From Takakia lepidozioides (lineage: Eukaryota > Plantae > Bryophyta): 64,000 bases of DNA. Position 1 is the stretch's first letter, and the number at the start of each line of letters is the position of its first letter. Shown in pieces: positions 35,916-48,000 of the stretch. The position numbers and the translations under genes are program-made. The stretch is from assembly GCA_030704615.1 (NCBI GenBank), contig CM060732.1:24180001-24244000 (forward strand). Reading direction: 5' to 3'. Under the pieces are notes generated by a model. That model had not been told where the DNA came from and did not search any database. It saw only the letters and a list, made by a program, of their open reading frames with translations.

Positions 35916-36700
35916 ACTTGCTCCAATCTCCCGCCCCACTCGTCCTCCTCCAAATCAATCGCTCACTCTCCACCCCTTCGCTCCCCCTCTCCCTCTCCCT
36001 CCACACATACTTGGACCCTCGGACCCAATCCTGCGTATTATCAGAATACAAACTACATCTCTCGCCTACACATACAAACAACCCCTCACTGTCTCTTCTC
36101 GTATTTTATTACAATTGGCAACCCTAAGTAACTTGAAAGGAGCAAAAACTACTAGGTCTATCTCCAAAATGTGGCCGACACAGTGACAACTTCAACGGTC
36201 CTTCCCCATCGAAAATAAAATTTAAGAAAACTAAATATGCATTTCATGCTCTTGACCCCCGTACTTTGTACAGTTACCTCATGTCAGTTTGTAAATAAAA
36301 GCTTTGCAGGGTTGACACAACACAGGTCCTCAAGATGAACGGCAATAAATTTCATCTAAACTGGATGGACGAGTAGTATGCACTTTTGTAAAACAATAAG
36401 AAATTTTTGCAGTCCAGATTTGTGCAATTGAGCGCCACATTTTCTAGTGCAGGAAATTTGGATTCACGCCTGAAGGGCGGCAACTACACCAAGTTTCGCT
36501 GCACTGCACTTTCTTCAGGATTTGTTTCTCTACTGCAGCTTTTGTGTCTGTTTTGTGCGCGCGCGGGAGAGGGACTGTCTGTGATCGCTGTGCTGATTAT
36601 TTAGCCGGCCTTACGACTGGAAGTATGCTTATACACCGCTGAAAAGTGACAAACTGATAACAATCTTGAGTCTGAATTCTCATCCTGAAAGCTGTGCATT
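35916..36700. promoter_or_regulatory. Divergent (probably bidirectional) promoter region between CERES and ABCG
   Basis: Head-to-head start codons only 785 bp apart. Individual cis-elements are not established. Confidence 0.5.
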
Positions 36701-38947
36701 ATGATAACAGTGCTGAATTCGAAGTCATTAAGTAGAAGTATGTCTTCCGGAAGCAACACAGGCTCGGTGGGGGACACAGAGATCGCAGAGCCCAGCCCGC
36801 AGGCTATGCACGTAAATCGTCACATGGCTCCTCCACACACGTTGCAAAGTCTAATTCAGGAAGTAGATGGCAGGAAGGGAGTGGCTCAGTTTGATCTTGA
36901 CATCGTTTTGGAGTTTCGTGACATTACATATACTGTTAACAAAGGGAGACAATCTATTCGGTCCTTGATAGAGGGTATTGCTGGTCTCTGCAAGCAGTCA
37001 TTCAAGCCTGATCGGCCGTCAAGCGTGAGCCTTCTGAAAGATGTTTCTGGCAGAGCAAGAGATGGAGAAATTATGGCCGTCATGGGACCAAGTGGATCAG
37101 GAAAGTCAACTCTGATTGATGCACTTGCTCAGAGAATCTCACGAGAAAGTCTCCAAGGCAGCATCACTCTTAACGGACAGGAAGTGGACAGCCACCAGCT
37201 GCGGAATATCTCAGGTTATGTCATGCAGGATGATCTCTTGTTTCCCATGCTCACTGTGCAGGAAACACTCATGTTCTCTGCTGATGTGCGGCTACCTCCC
37301 AGCCATAGTAAAGGAGCAAAGAAAGCTAGAGTCATCAGTCTGATTCGGCAACTCGGTCTTGAGAGGGTGGCAAATACAGTCATTGGCGATGAAGGTCACA
37401 GGGGAGTATCAGGAGGCGAGCGCAGGAGAGTTTCCATTGGAGTTGATATCATTCATGGACCTCTTCTGTTGTTTTTGGATGAGCCAACGTCCGGGCTCGA
37501 TTCAACAAGTGCATACATGGTCGTCAAGACTCTCAAACACATTGCGGAGATGGGAAGCATTGTCATGATGTCTGTCCATCAACCGAGCGATCGCATTCTG
37601 GGACTTGTTGACAATGTGATCTTCCTTGCAAACGGACAGATGATATACATGGGGCACCCTAAGGATCTCACGGCCTACTTTTCCGAGTTCAATCATGGTT
37701 ATCCCATTCCATCTGCTCACGGGAATGCTACAGAGTTTGCTCTTGATCTGATACAGGTGCTCAACTCCATGCCTGACGGTATCAAACCTCTTGTAGACCG
37801 TTTTAAGTCTATGAGCAATCTGCAATTGTCTGTCTTTCATCTTCGCAGCACACCTTCCAGTCATTCCTCCATACCGACAGGCGTCGCAGGTGCCATAGCA
37901 GCCAGCATCGCCAAAGGCAGGTTGATGGCTGCACCTGGTTACGTTGAGCATTGCAACGATAGTGCGACGCTTGTCTTGAAGTTTCCAAACTCAAGGTGGC
38001 ATGAGATACGTGTCTTGACTTGGCGGTGCATTACAAACATCCGCAGAACACCAGAGCTCTTTTACACAAGATTGGCCACAGTGACAGTGTCTGGTTTCCT
38101 GTTGGCTACAATCTTCTGGCACCTCGACCACAGCCCCAAGGGCTTACAGGAGCGTCTTGGTTTCTTTGCCTTCGCCATGTCCTGCACCTACTACTCTTGC
38201 GTGGATACCCTCCCAATCTTCCTTCAGGAACGTTTCATCTTCATTCGCGAGACTACGCACAATGCCTATAGAAAGTCATCGTACGTACTAGCAAATGCAA
38301 TCATCTATGTACCTTTTCTTGCAATTTTATCACTAGCTTTTTCTTCCACTACATTTTGGGCGGTTGGATTGTCGGGTGGGACTAGCGGATTCCTCTTCTT
38401 CTTCCTTGTGATCTGGGCCTCATTCTGGGCAGGGAACTCGTTTGCAACGTTCCTCTCAGCCATCATTCCCAATGTCATTCTCGGATATACAATTGTGGTG
38501 GCAGTCCTGGCATACTTTCTTCTGTTGAGTGGCTTCTTCAGAACCAGGGACCGGATCCCTCGTTACTGGATCTGGTTCCACTATATTTCCCTCATCAAGT
38601 ACCCCTACGAAGCTGCTGTTCGTAATGAGCTCACATCAGGCACTAGTGTTTGCTATGAGCGTGCCGGTGAAATCTTGTTGGGTACGCCTCTCGGTGTTCT
38701 TGTCCCGCAGCGTACTGTGGATGGTATTTGGGAAACCCTGAGCAGGGAGCGAAACCTCCGTGGAACAGTTTACGAACATTTGAATTCATCAACCTGCATG
38801 GTCGATGGCGCTGGAGTGCTTCAGAATCAAAGCATCACGCAGCTTGGAAAGTGGTATTGTCTGGCAATCACCCTCGCCTTTGGGGCTTTCTATCGCATTC
38901 TCTTCTACATTGCGCTTCGGATCAATGCGAAGAACCGCAGGCATTAG
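36701..38947 (+). CDS. Half-size ABCG (WBC) transporter, ABCG1/2/6/16/20 clade, intronless
   Basis: 748-aa ORF with Walker A GPSGSGKST, signature VSGGERRRVSIG, Walker B LLFLDEPTSGLD and H-loop SVHQPS. Clade-type motifs ARDGEIMAV, YVMQDDLLFPMLTV, IGDEGHRG, QERLGFFAFAMS, FWAGNSF and RDRIPRYWIWFHY. Confidence 0.93.
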   Translation: MITVLNSKSLSRSMSSGSNTGSVGDTEIAEPSPQAMHVNRHMAPPHTLQSLIQEVDGRKGVAQFDLDIVLEFRDITYTVNKGRQSIRSLIEGIAGLCKQSFKPDRPSSVSLLKDVSGRARDGEIMAVMGPSGSGKSTLIDALAQRISRESLQGSITLNGQEVDSHQLRNISGYVMQDDLLFPMLTVQETLMFSADVRLPPSHSKGAKKARVISLIRQLGLERVANTVIGDEGHRGVSGGERRRVSIGVDIIHGPLLLFLDEPTSGLDSTSAYMVVKTLKHIAEMGSIVMMSVHQPSDRILGLVDNVIFLANGQMIYMGHPKDLTAYFSEFNHGYPIPSAHGNATEFALDLIQVLNSMPDGIKPLVDRFKSMSNLQLSVFHLRSTPSSHSSIPTGVAGAIAASIAKGRLMAAPGYVEHCNDSATLVLKFPNSRWHEIRVLTWRCITNIRRTPELFYTRLATVTVSGFLLATIFWHLDHSPKGLQERLGFFAFAMSCTYYSCVDTLPIFLQERFIFIRETTHNAYRKSSYVLANAIIYVPFLAILSLAFSSTTFWAVGLSGGTSGFLFFFLVIWASFWAGNSFATFLSAIIPNVILGYTIVVAVLAYFLLLSGFFRTRDRIPRYWIWFHYISLIKYPYEAAVRNELTSGTSVCYERAGEILLGTPLGVLVPQRTVDGIWETLSRERNLRGTVYEHLNSSTCMVDGAGVLQNQSITQLGKWYCLAITLAFGAFYRILFYIALRINAKNRRH

Positions 38948-39523
38948 AATTTAACTTTGTCAAGTCGTGTCTTCTACCTATTGGCTTGATTGAGACCACC
39001 GTCTCATTCCTAGCTGTAGTCATCCGGAGACTTTGGTGTGCAGTATGTTTTTTTGGGTGTAAGTAGAGGCAATTGAAACATGTGGTTGTCTTTGCCATGC
39101 TCAGTTCTAAGCATGCCTTTCACGCGCTGCTTAAGCAGCCACTGTTTCCTCCCGCTGCATGCACTCTTCCTGCAAATTTGCAAAGAGCTGCATAAAATGC
39201 CACATATGTATTGGGGAGCCACATCAGATGTAGTTCTCAGTGACGTGGGACCTCAGCAGATTTCGTATTGTCGTATGTCCTCCTTGATACCTGGAGGTGT
39301 CGCAAGGGTGTTGCTTACCGGGTCCAAGCTTGTCAATTTTCTTTAGTCACTGATCACACACTGGAGTTGAGGTCTGTATCCACTGACCATACACCATTTC
39401 GCTGTTTTGCATTTTAGTTGGAAAGCATCCCTGCTAAAAATAGAGTAAATTTTGATGTACATTTGAGTTTTTTTACTACCACAAGAGTCTATTGACCGCA
39501 GAGTCTTTAGGCAATTTTGAAGT

Positions 39524-39903
39524 TAGTGGACACTGCCATGGCCCCTCCTCTCTGGAATAACGGGAACGATCAGAGGAAAATTCTTATTTTCTTGTGCACA
39601 CTTAGAAGATGGATTTCCTTATTGACGGACGTGGTATATAACTTAGTTTCATTCAGTATTGGGACATGTGCTGGTGAGTGTGTAGATTTCTGCTATCACG
39701 CAAGCAGGTATTGTTCAAGTAGTGGACACTGCCGTGAATACCCAAGCCCTCCTCTCTCTGGCATCATGGGATCGATCAGCAGGAGGAAAAGTATTCTTGC
39801 ACCTTCTTTTCTTGAGGATTTAGAAGATGGATTTCCTCGTTGACGAATTGGGTGTATAATTTCATTTAGTATTGGGACGTGCTGGTGAGTGTGTAGAGTT
39901 CTG
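39524..39903 (+). repeat. Diverged tandem duplication (two ~170-185-bp units)
   Basis: agtggacactgcc...ttagaagatggatttcct...gtattgggac..gctggtgagtgtgtaga occurs at 39524-39693 and 39720-39903. Confidence 0.75.
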
Positions 39904-42085
39904 GTGCCTATCCTGCAATCAGGTTTACTTCTTTACCGTGCTCTTTTATGTGCAAGCCTAGCAGGGATTGGGTATTGGCTCTCAAATGAGACCCCGACCT
40001 CATCAAGAATTCACGTTTACTCTTAGAAACAGGCTCTTTGTAACCAGACGCTTCTAAGCGACAAAAGTTTGGAACATAGTAAACATGAATTCAAACAAAA
40101 AGCGCAAAAAACAGGGGATGCTTTTATGTGGATGCCCCCGACGGATCCGGATCGCCTTCGACGGATCCGGATCGTCAATCGCTTTCATATCTGGACGACG
40201 CAAAGGCTACAAAAATCGATGGATCTGACGGTTCAAAACTTTTCTTTGTTCGTTGCGCCCTAAAAGACTAAATCCCAACGCACCTTCCAGTTTAACTTAG
40301 GCAGCTAGCCGCGCGGTGGCCGTGCGGTATTTCGTACGGGCGGTGCGTTTATCTAGGTTTTGGAAGTCAAGCCCTAGTTTTGCCTTGCCCCCACTGTGTG
40401 TGTGCGCGTGTGAGACAGAGAGTGTGTGTGTGTGAGAGAGAGACACAGCATTGCGGTGCTTTATTCCTGGAGTTGTTATTCCGAGGTGCATCCGAGTGTG
40501 GATGTGGCGAGGTGTAGCGCAAAGGTTCGCATTTTATTGGGGGAGTTGTTTGAGCATGCCGCTCTACGTGCTCTGCAAGTATCACCACAAGCGGCGTGTG
40601 TCCGAGTCTGCGATTGCTGGCTTCTTCCGGGCGTGGTGGATGTGAGGGTTTAGAGATTGGGGTGAATTATCTTTTGGAGATACAGCGTTGGTTTACCTGC
40701 AAACTCAGAATCCGGGGGTGCTCGGTTCTTGTTAGGCTCGCGCGCGGGTGATATGGGGGATTGCGATTCTGGCGGATTTACTTCAAAGATTTGAGTATTA
40801 GGGTTTTCTTCCAACTCTTTAGTTCGGACATGCATTTCCTCCCCGACAGATGCAACCTTTTTGTATCAGGATTAATCGATTTGTTAGCTTTGGAGTGGAG
40901 CATCCCTGCAGCGTCTTTCTCGAGGTCCATTGGTTGTTGGCAGGGAGCTTGAGCTGCTCAACAAGTTCAGTGTTTATGCATGTACGTAAGTACTGAAGTT
41001 GGTTTAGGAATGCTGTAATTTTCTGCTGGGTATGAGACTTTGCATTGTCCCCCATTGTTGATGTGTCCCCGCCCGTTTTTCACACTGCATTCACCTCCTT
41101 GTCAATTGTGCTGCAGCTGCCTCTCGTTCTCATGTTTACTACAGTAAACTAGGAGGTGGGAATATTTGAGAGTGGAGAAGACTGATGTCGAATTTGCTTG
41201 CTACAAAGTCTGTCGTCTGGGACCAGACACTGGAAGCTCCATAAAATTATAGTTTTGTTTTATGGTGCCTCTGTAGTTCAATGCAGTGCAAACCCAAGAG
41301 GAATTGGAGCTGAAAAGGGTGATGTGTGTGTGGCTGTGCACAGGTATAATGTGGAGTTGGAGATGGTTCCGAGGGATCCCACTGTAGAGACGAAATGCAC
41401 ACTAGATGCCTGAGCGGGACTCCATCATGTACTTTCCATTTCGCCATGACGCAAATGTCAAAGAGGTCCATCACTCTCCCATGTCAATTATACTCTCTAT
41501 TGTAGGAGATGGCACACAACCTGCTTTTTGAGACCGCAAACTCAACTTGCACAATCTGACTGCTACAGGAATTGTTTTCTTACTGGGAAGCTGAGGGCCG
41601 CCGGACCAAAGATATCTATGATGATGACAAAATTTCTTCCTATCTAGTTTAAAGATAGGAGAGACTTGATCAAGTCACATCTGATTTCTGCCAGCTTTGT
41701 CCGAAGTGGCTGAGCTGCCCTAAACTACTGATGCATTTTCCAAACCTTGGACGGCTTGGCCAAAATAGGTCAGAATCAGGAAGTATGCCCTTTTGCTGTC
41801 AAACTGTACTGGTTTGCTAGGATTGATTCTAACTGGTGTGTTTTGTAGCTGAGAGCTCTGACCAAACTGTCATGCTTGTTCTTACGCATTGACATGTTAT
41901 TTCTTTATCCAAGTATTAGTGGGTTTTCAACTGTAGGTTCACTGATGTAGTGCCAAAGATATACAGAAAGACAACACCTGAATTTTCTTGAACTTTGTGA
42001 AAGATGGAAAGGTGGCAAAAGCAGTATGCACACTTTACCAATTTAGAGTGAGATGCATCTAACTAAGAGTATGGTGTGTTTGCAG

Positions 42086-45000
42086 TCCATGCTTAATAGC
42101 TCGGCTTCAACCTTGCTTGACTCTGGCTGCTCAGCGCGGCCTTTTGCTTCATCATCTTTCTCGGCACAAACGGGGACAGCACCAGGGTTCCACCATGGAG
42201 GTATGGCTTCTTTGTTTCACGGTTCAAATGCTTCCACACCATTACATATAGCTGTTGTTGGCTAAACCCTAGGACCCAGGATTGAACCTGGCTCTTGTAT
42301 GAAATGTTACACCAGTACTTCTAGAGCAAGTACCAATGTACTAAACAGTGTCTGAGCAAGTTAACATCTAACCAAGAGACGAAGCTCTGTGTACACCGTG
42401 ACTCAGCACTTCGGTCTCCTTAAAGTACTTTCTGATGACTTCCCCCCTTCTTCTATCAAAGCTATTCCTAGTATCTTTTCTCCTCACCAAAGCCTGTCTC
42501 TTTTCTGCTGTTTCAATCTTTGTTGCTGACCATCAACTACTTTTTCCAGCCCTGCTTTAGTTTCTAAACAGTTGTTGCTAAACTGGGCTGATTCTTCAAA
42601 AGAGTGATATCAGCCCTCTGAGCTTTAATAGGTCCGAGTTAGTTATACCTGACTTCTAGTAGGGTTACAATATGCTGCTATGCTATGGGCCTGAAAATTC
42701 TAGGCAAGGTTGTGGCAGATGCAGTTTGGCTTTAAGATGGTTCCTTGTCTAGTGTGGGTTTGGTGCCAAGGAAATTAGGTGCTCCTATCACCAATATTAG
42801 GAAGTTCTGTTTGCATTGCAGGAAGCCTTCAGGGATTGCACAACATTCCGGCAAGCTACAACGTGCAAACAGTGCCAAATGCCTTATCCTCCAGGAATTC
42901 AGGGTTGGGAGGGGGCCCTTCAACTGGAGTACATCAACCAGGTGGGAGCTTGCCCACAGGCCGCTTCACCTCCAACAACCTGACTGTCGGTCTTTCACAG
43001 GTTTCTCCTAGGACCTTGTTTCGAGTGTTACCTCGAAGAACAGTAGGGATCGTTGGCTGTGGAACAAGTAATGAAGCAGGTTGCTGTTGTTGTCAATTTT
43101 TTTGGTCTCTTTATTTGGTTTGCCTTTGGGAAAAAAAATAGGCACCTTGTTGTAGTGGACCCTAGAAGCATTTTTTGTTGCATTACTCATCTGGAAATAC
43201 ATTGAAGCTTGAAAAGTTTCAGAAGAGAACACAAAGCTTGTGGTCACACTAGACTGGGGATGGTGTGTTTTGGCAGTTGTCACATGGAGGGCTTCATGGA
43301 CACTCTGCAATGACGAGCCGTACAGGGATTAGTGTAGGAGGAAATCATGCTTTCAGCAGTAGCATGAATGGAGTGGGAGGGTCAGGTCTGGGAACATCTC
43401 CTGGTGCTAGCAGTGTGGGGAATCGCGGCACTCTTGCGGGGTTGGGAGTGACCTCATCACCAATAGGAGGTACTGGCCCTCGAATTCTAGGGTCTGTTGG
43501 GAGCATCGGAGGAGGTGGCGGAGTTAGTCTCAGTGGAGGTTCGGGCCTTACTAGAGCGCTGAATGCAGCTGGTGGGGTAACGGTTTCAAGTTTGAATGGT
43601 TCACGTGTTAATATGGGACCTCTAAGTAGTAATAGTGGTGGGATTGGTGTGCAAGGCCCGGGGCGGCCTGCAAGCTCAATGTTGCAACAAGGGCTCAACA
43701 TGTCATCGTCTACTTACAACCCCTCTGGTGATTTGCTGGCGATGATAAGTCGAGGTATGAGATCTGGTTTGCGGAATTCTTTAAAAGTTCTATTCTGGAT
43801 TGTGGCAGTTGCCTTGCAAAGTCTTCTTCTTGGTTGTTTCAGATAAAACTAGATCCTAGATCCCTTTTCCATCACTTTAACGTCCTCATTGATTTCACAT
43901 AAAGCAAGTCATTCTGTATAATGAGTTTCCATAGCTGGTTCTACTCCTCACTGGTGTAGATAGCACTTAAGGTGTAAAGGGGAACACAACATGTTAATGC
44001 TTTAGAGGCTGTGAGCAAGTGATGAGGTTTGAAACTCTCTTCATATGTATTGACTAAATTGTTTCTCTGAATTGGTGGATTTTTCAATCCTCCAATTCAC
44101 ATCAGAGATAACCTTTTTTGGATGTCACATGAACTCGTTACAAGTAGCATTTGGAATCTAATTCATGTATATTGGGAGAGGTGGAGTGTTTGATGCAGCT
44201 AGTTTCATATTTGAGCACAACCTATTTATTGCCCAAGCACTAACTTTTAAAATCAAGGCCCAATCTTGTGAGCATATCATGTCGTTTGCCATATTATGAC
44301 GCAGTTATCCTGCTTTTGTGGTCACTTTGTTGGTATTGCTTAGTTTGGTGTCACATGGCGAGTTTTTGTGTCTTAATCTGGTATTGCAGGATCGCCACAA
44401 GCTGTGTCATTGCTGGGAGGGAATTTTTCAACTTCGCCAGGCTCAGGCATCCAGAGACACGTGCCTTCAGCAAATGGCCAGCTTGGCAGTATTGGACTCA
44501 CCAGTGATGGGGGGGTGAACGATGGTATAGCTTTCGACATCAATGACTTCCCACAGCTGAGTACCCGGCAATCTGTGTCTGGAGGGCTGCAAGGACCTGC
44601 AGGTGGGATTGTCTTTTGATCCTTTGTAACTGATGTTGTGTCACTCTCTAACTGTAGTGCAAGAGCAGTAAGTTATCAATATGAAGTCGAGATTTTTTCA
44701 TTCAGGCATTTGCCTATGAGACATTGCTGTGGGATTCCCAGGAGTAGCTACACTCGCAACCGATCCATCTGCCGTGACTGCTTGCTTTGCTCGCATGTGC
44801 GCACCTTAAAGCCCTCAATCAACACATACTTAAAGATGCAATTCTTCACAGCAACCACTGTTGGATAGAGCTTGGAGGATCTTCCCTTGCTGTGCTACCC
44901 AGAATGTAACTCTACCAGGCTGGGGAAAAAGAACAGGGGGATGAACGGCACTCTGGTGATGGCCTGACCGAGTTGTGCCGATGGTGTTGTGGCAGCTGCC

Positions 45001-48000
45001 TTGAGAAAGCAAGGGGTTGCTGTGAATGCCATTGTCCAGCAAAATCAAGAGTTTAGCATACAGAATGAAGATTTTCCTGCGTTGCCTGGTTTCAAAGGTA
45101 AGCCCACCGTTTCTATCTGTACCGTTTCCTGTGCAGCACTCTAGTTTCCTCCACTTTCTCCTGTGAACCCAGTAACCGCGAAGTAAACCAGAAAGAAGAG
45201 TTTACTTAACCCGCATCAATCAATCCATGGACTAAATACATTCTTGGGATCTCACAGCAATGCTTCACCATCATCCCCTTTAATGGCCCAGGACCTGATT
45301 GCACTCATTTGATCAAAGGATGTGTTTGTGATGGTTTTGGGAGTGATCTCAATGTGGATGTACGTTTGGACATCCTCCTGAGTGGACCAGTGTTACGAAT
45401 ACTTGAGCACCTTAGATTCGTGGCAGGCATCTGCCGCTCAGGGGTTCCTGAGGCGAAATTTTCTCTTGGGTGGCTGGTGTGCACGAATCTCATCTGGCTA
45501 TGCACATTTAGCACTTGGTACTTTGTGTGCAACTTGGCAACAGGAACAACCCGTAACGATTTTCAGCCCCTGTTGGTGTCACAGCCTGTCCTGGTTTTGG
45601 ACATTCTGGTTATGAACATACTTGTGTGCATTGGCATAGACTCTCACACACACTTTAGATGCAGAAACAGAGAGATCTGAGTGAAAACTTAGTTTGCAGA
45701 TTTGTTGGTGTGGATACAGGGGGGGGTGGTGATTTACAATCTGAAATGCAACATTCTAAGGAGCAGCAACATGAGAATGCACTGGCTGCTGCTATGCAGT
45801 CCCACCATTTCACGGTACAGATTGCCTCACACCTATCAGGCTCTTGCTACATCCATGATCTGTGGAGCTCCTACTTGAGTGTAGTTCTCGAAAGCTTTGG
45901 GAGATGGGGTTGCATTCTCAGAGGAGAAGTCCTGAACTGCTGGGAAGATTGATCGACATACTCTGCAGATGTATCAGTTCTCCTGGTGAATTGTTTAATT
46001 TATATTTGCACATTATGCAGACTCTTTTGACTGTGTGACTCTTTTGGCATTTATCATCATGCGACAGTAGAGAGGCTAATCACTATTTTATTTGAAGTAT
46101 TCAACAATCCCCTTGGCAAGAACCTGCTGTGTGGAGGTCTGTCACAAATAAGGGCCCTCCATCTGCAGCTAGTTCACATGGCCAAGTTTTCACAGTTTGA
46201 CCCAACATTACGAAGTGTATTGGTAGCATTGCTGACCCGCCAGCTCCCATGGTAGATCATTTTAAGCATTTCAGTTTTGGACCTTGCCTTGCAGCATAGG
46301 TTTTGAGAGTCGACTTCTTCTGTATCTGTATGAAGAAAGTAAAAGTCCATACTCCTCAACTCCTATGCATCACATCAAGTATGATGTTTGGATTGGAGTC
46401 AGTTAGAACATGTGGATGTCTGATCACCAGTATCGGGAGTTATAGTCCTGAAGGCCAACTTCTAGGAGGTCTATGGAGGTGAGTCTAAAGAATGTTAGGA
46501 GTGGGGATCTGTTTTGTTGGTGTTCTTTGGTTTAAGTCTAGACGGTCACATGAAATTCAGTGCAGATGGGGAGGTCTGCTGGATTTTCTCTGGGAGGGTA
46601 TGTCCCGCACCGGCAATTGCAGCAACAGCGGGCAGCCATGATGGCTTCAGGATCGATGGCATCTGCAAATGCCTCTGATCTGGAGCCCTTGCATGCCAGT
46701 GTCTCCGATTCCTTCCCTTCATCACATGGTCTCTCAGCTTCTTACCATTCTCAGGTAAGGCAGCTACATAATACTGGTGCTGAGTACAATTCCACAGAAC
46801 AGTTGTCACTATTACCACCAAATGTAACACGTTGTCACGTTTCCGGTTTGCTGGTTTGCACCACCTATCTGTGAATGTCCCTATTCAACCTCTTTTGCCA
46901 CATTCCTGGCTGTCACAAGAATATTGGAGCAATTATGGACCTGTGGGTAAGGCAGTCAGTGATTGAGTTGATGGCTTGAGCCACTTCCATCCAGTTGTCT
47001 TCCTTGTATTGTTATACTTTCAGGAAACTTTGAAATCACTTCAAACTCTGTTCCTCTAGTTTGTGTCATTATTGTGGCGTTCATGTGGGTAGTGGATCCC
47101 TCAGTGGATAGCTTCTAGGTGGTTCTTTGTATACGCTGGGATAGGAGGTCACATACATGTTGCTTTCCGAGCTGTGTATTGGAACTCATTTAGGAGGAAC
47201 TCTCCCCTACCATGGCAGTGTGATTATAGACGGGCTCATGGTGACGGTTGCCTACCTGGAAGTGAAAAAGTGATTTCTTACATACATTTTAGTCTGTACG
47301 TTTTGTACCACATGTATTTGAGTGGCTTGCCAACCTGGTACAAGCATTGGGAATTTTTAGTATGTTAATGTAGGACTCATCTTGGATTCACAAACACCCG
47401 TCGTCTGTTTAGTTACGATAGAATTTCAATGAGATAAAAATCTCTCAAGGATCTTTGCTTGGTGGCTGGTAAAGGCAGGGATGAGCCAGCATACAGTGGT
47501 TGGTAGTGCTGTCCTCTCTGATTATTTTCTTAGGTGGCACACTGAGGTTTCTTACTGTTTCTTATTCGTGTTCTGGCAGTTTCAACAATGATTGACAATA
47601 GTTGCATATTTTTGTCCCTTTGAGTTGTATGATATCCTTATTTTCTCTTAACATGCATTGGGGCCTCATTATAAATGGACAGGTGCAGGCAGTAGGCCCG
47701 CCTGGGGCTGGGGGAGGGCATACACATCGGTCAGGTGGAGGGGCTGGGGCAACTGGAGGGTTGGGGTCATACGACCAGCTGGTGCACCATTACCAGCAAC
47801 TGAGAGGGGTGGGTCATCAGCAGCAGCAATTGGGACAGTTGGCAAGAGAGTCCTTGAAGTTGGCACAGCAGGGAGGAGTGGCAGCTGCGCCAGACCGGTT
47901 TGGATTGCTAGGTTTGCTAAGTGTTATCAGGATGAGCGACCCAGACCTGACTACACTAGCATTGGGGACTGATCTCACTACTTTAGGACTAAACCTTAAC

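Noticed and set aside
36701-38947. STR/STR2 mycorrhizal ABCG
   Set aside because: Diagnostic segments (ARDGEIMAV, QDDLLF, DEGHRG, GFFAFAMS, FWAGNSF) fit the ABCG1/6/20 clade better than STR/STR2.
41618-41684. Box C/D snoRNA (ATGATGA...CTGA with an internal hairpin) in a NOT2 intron
   Set aside because: No convincing terminal stem and no rRNA-complementary guide that I can recognise; such boxes occur by chance.
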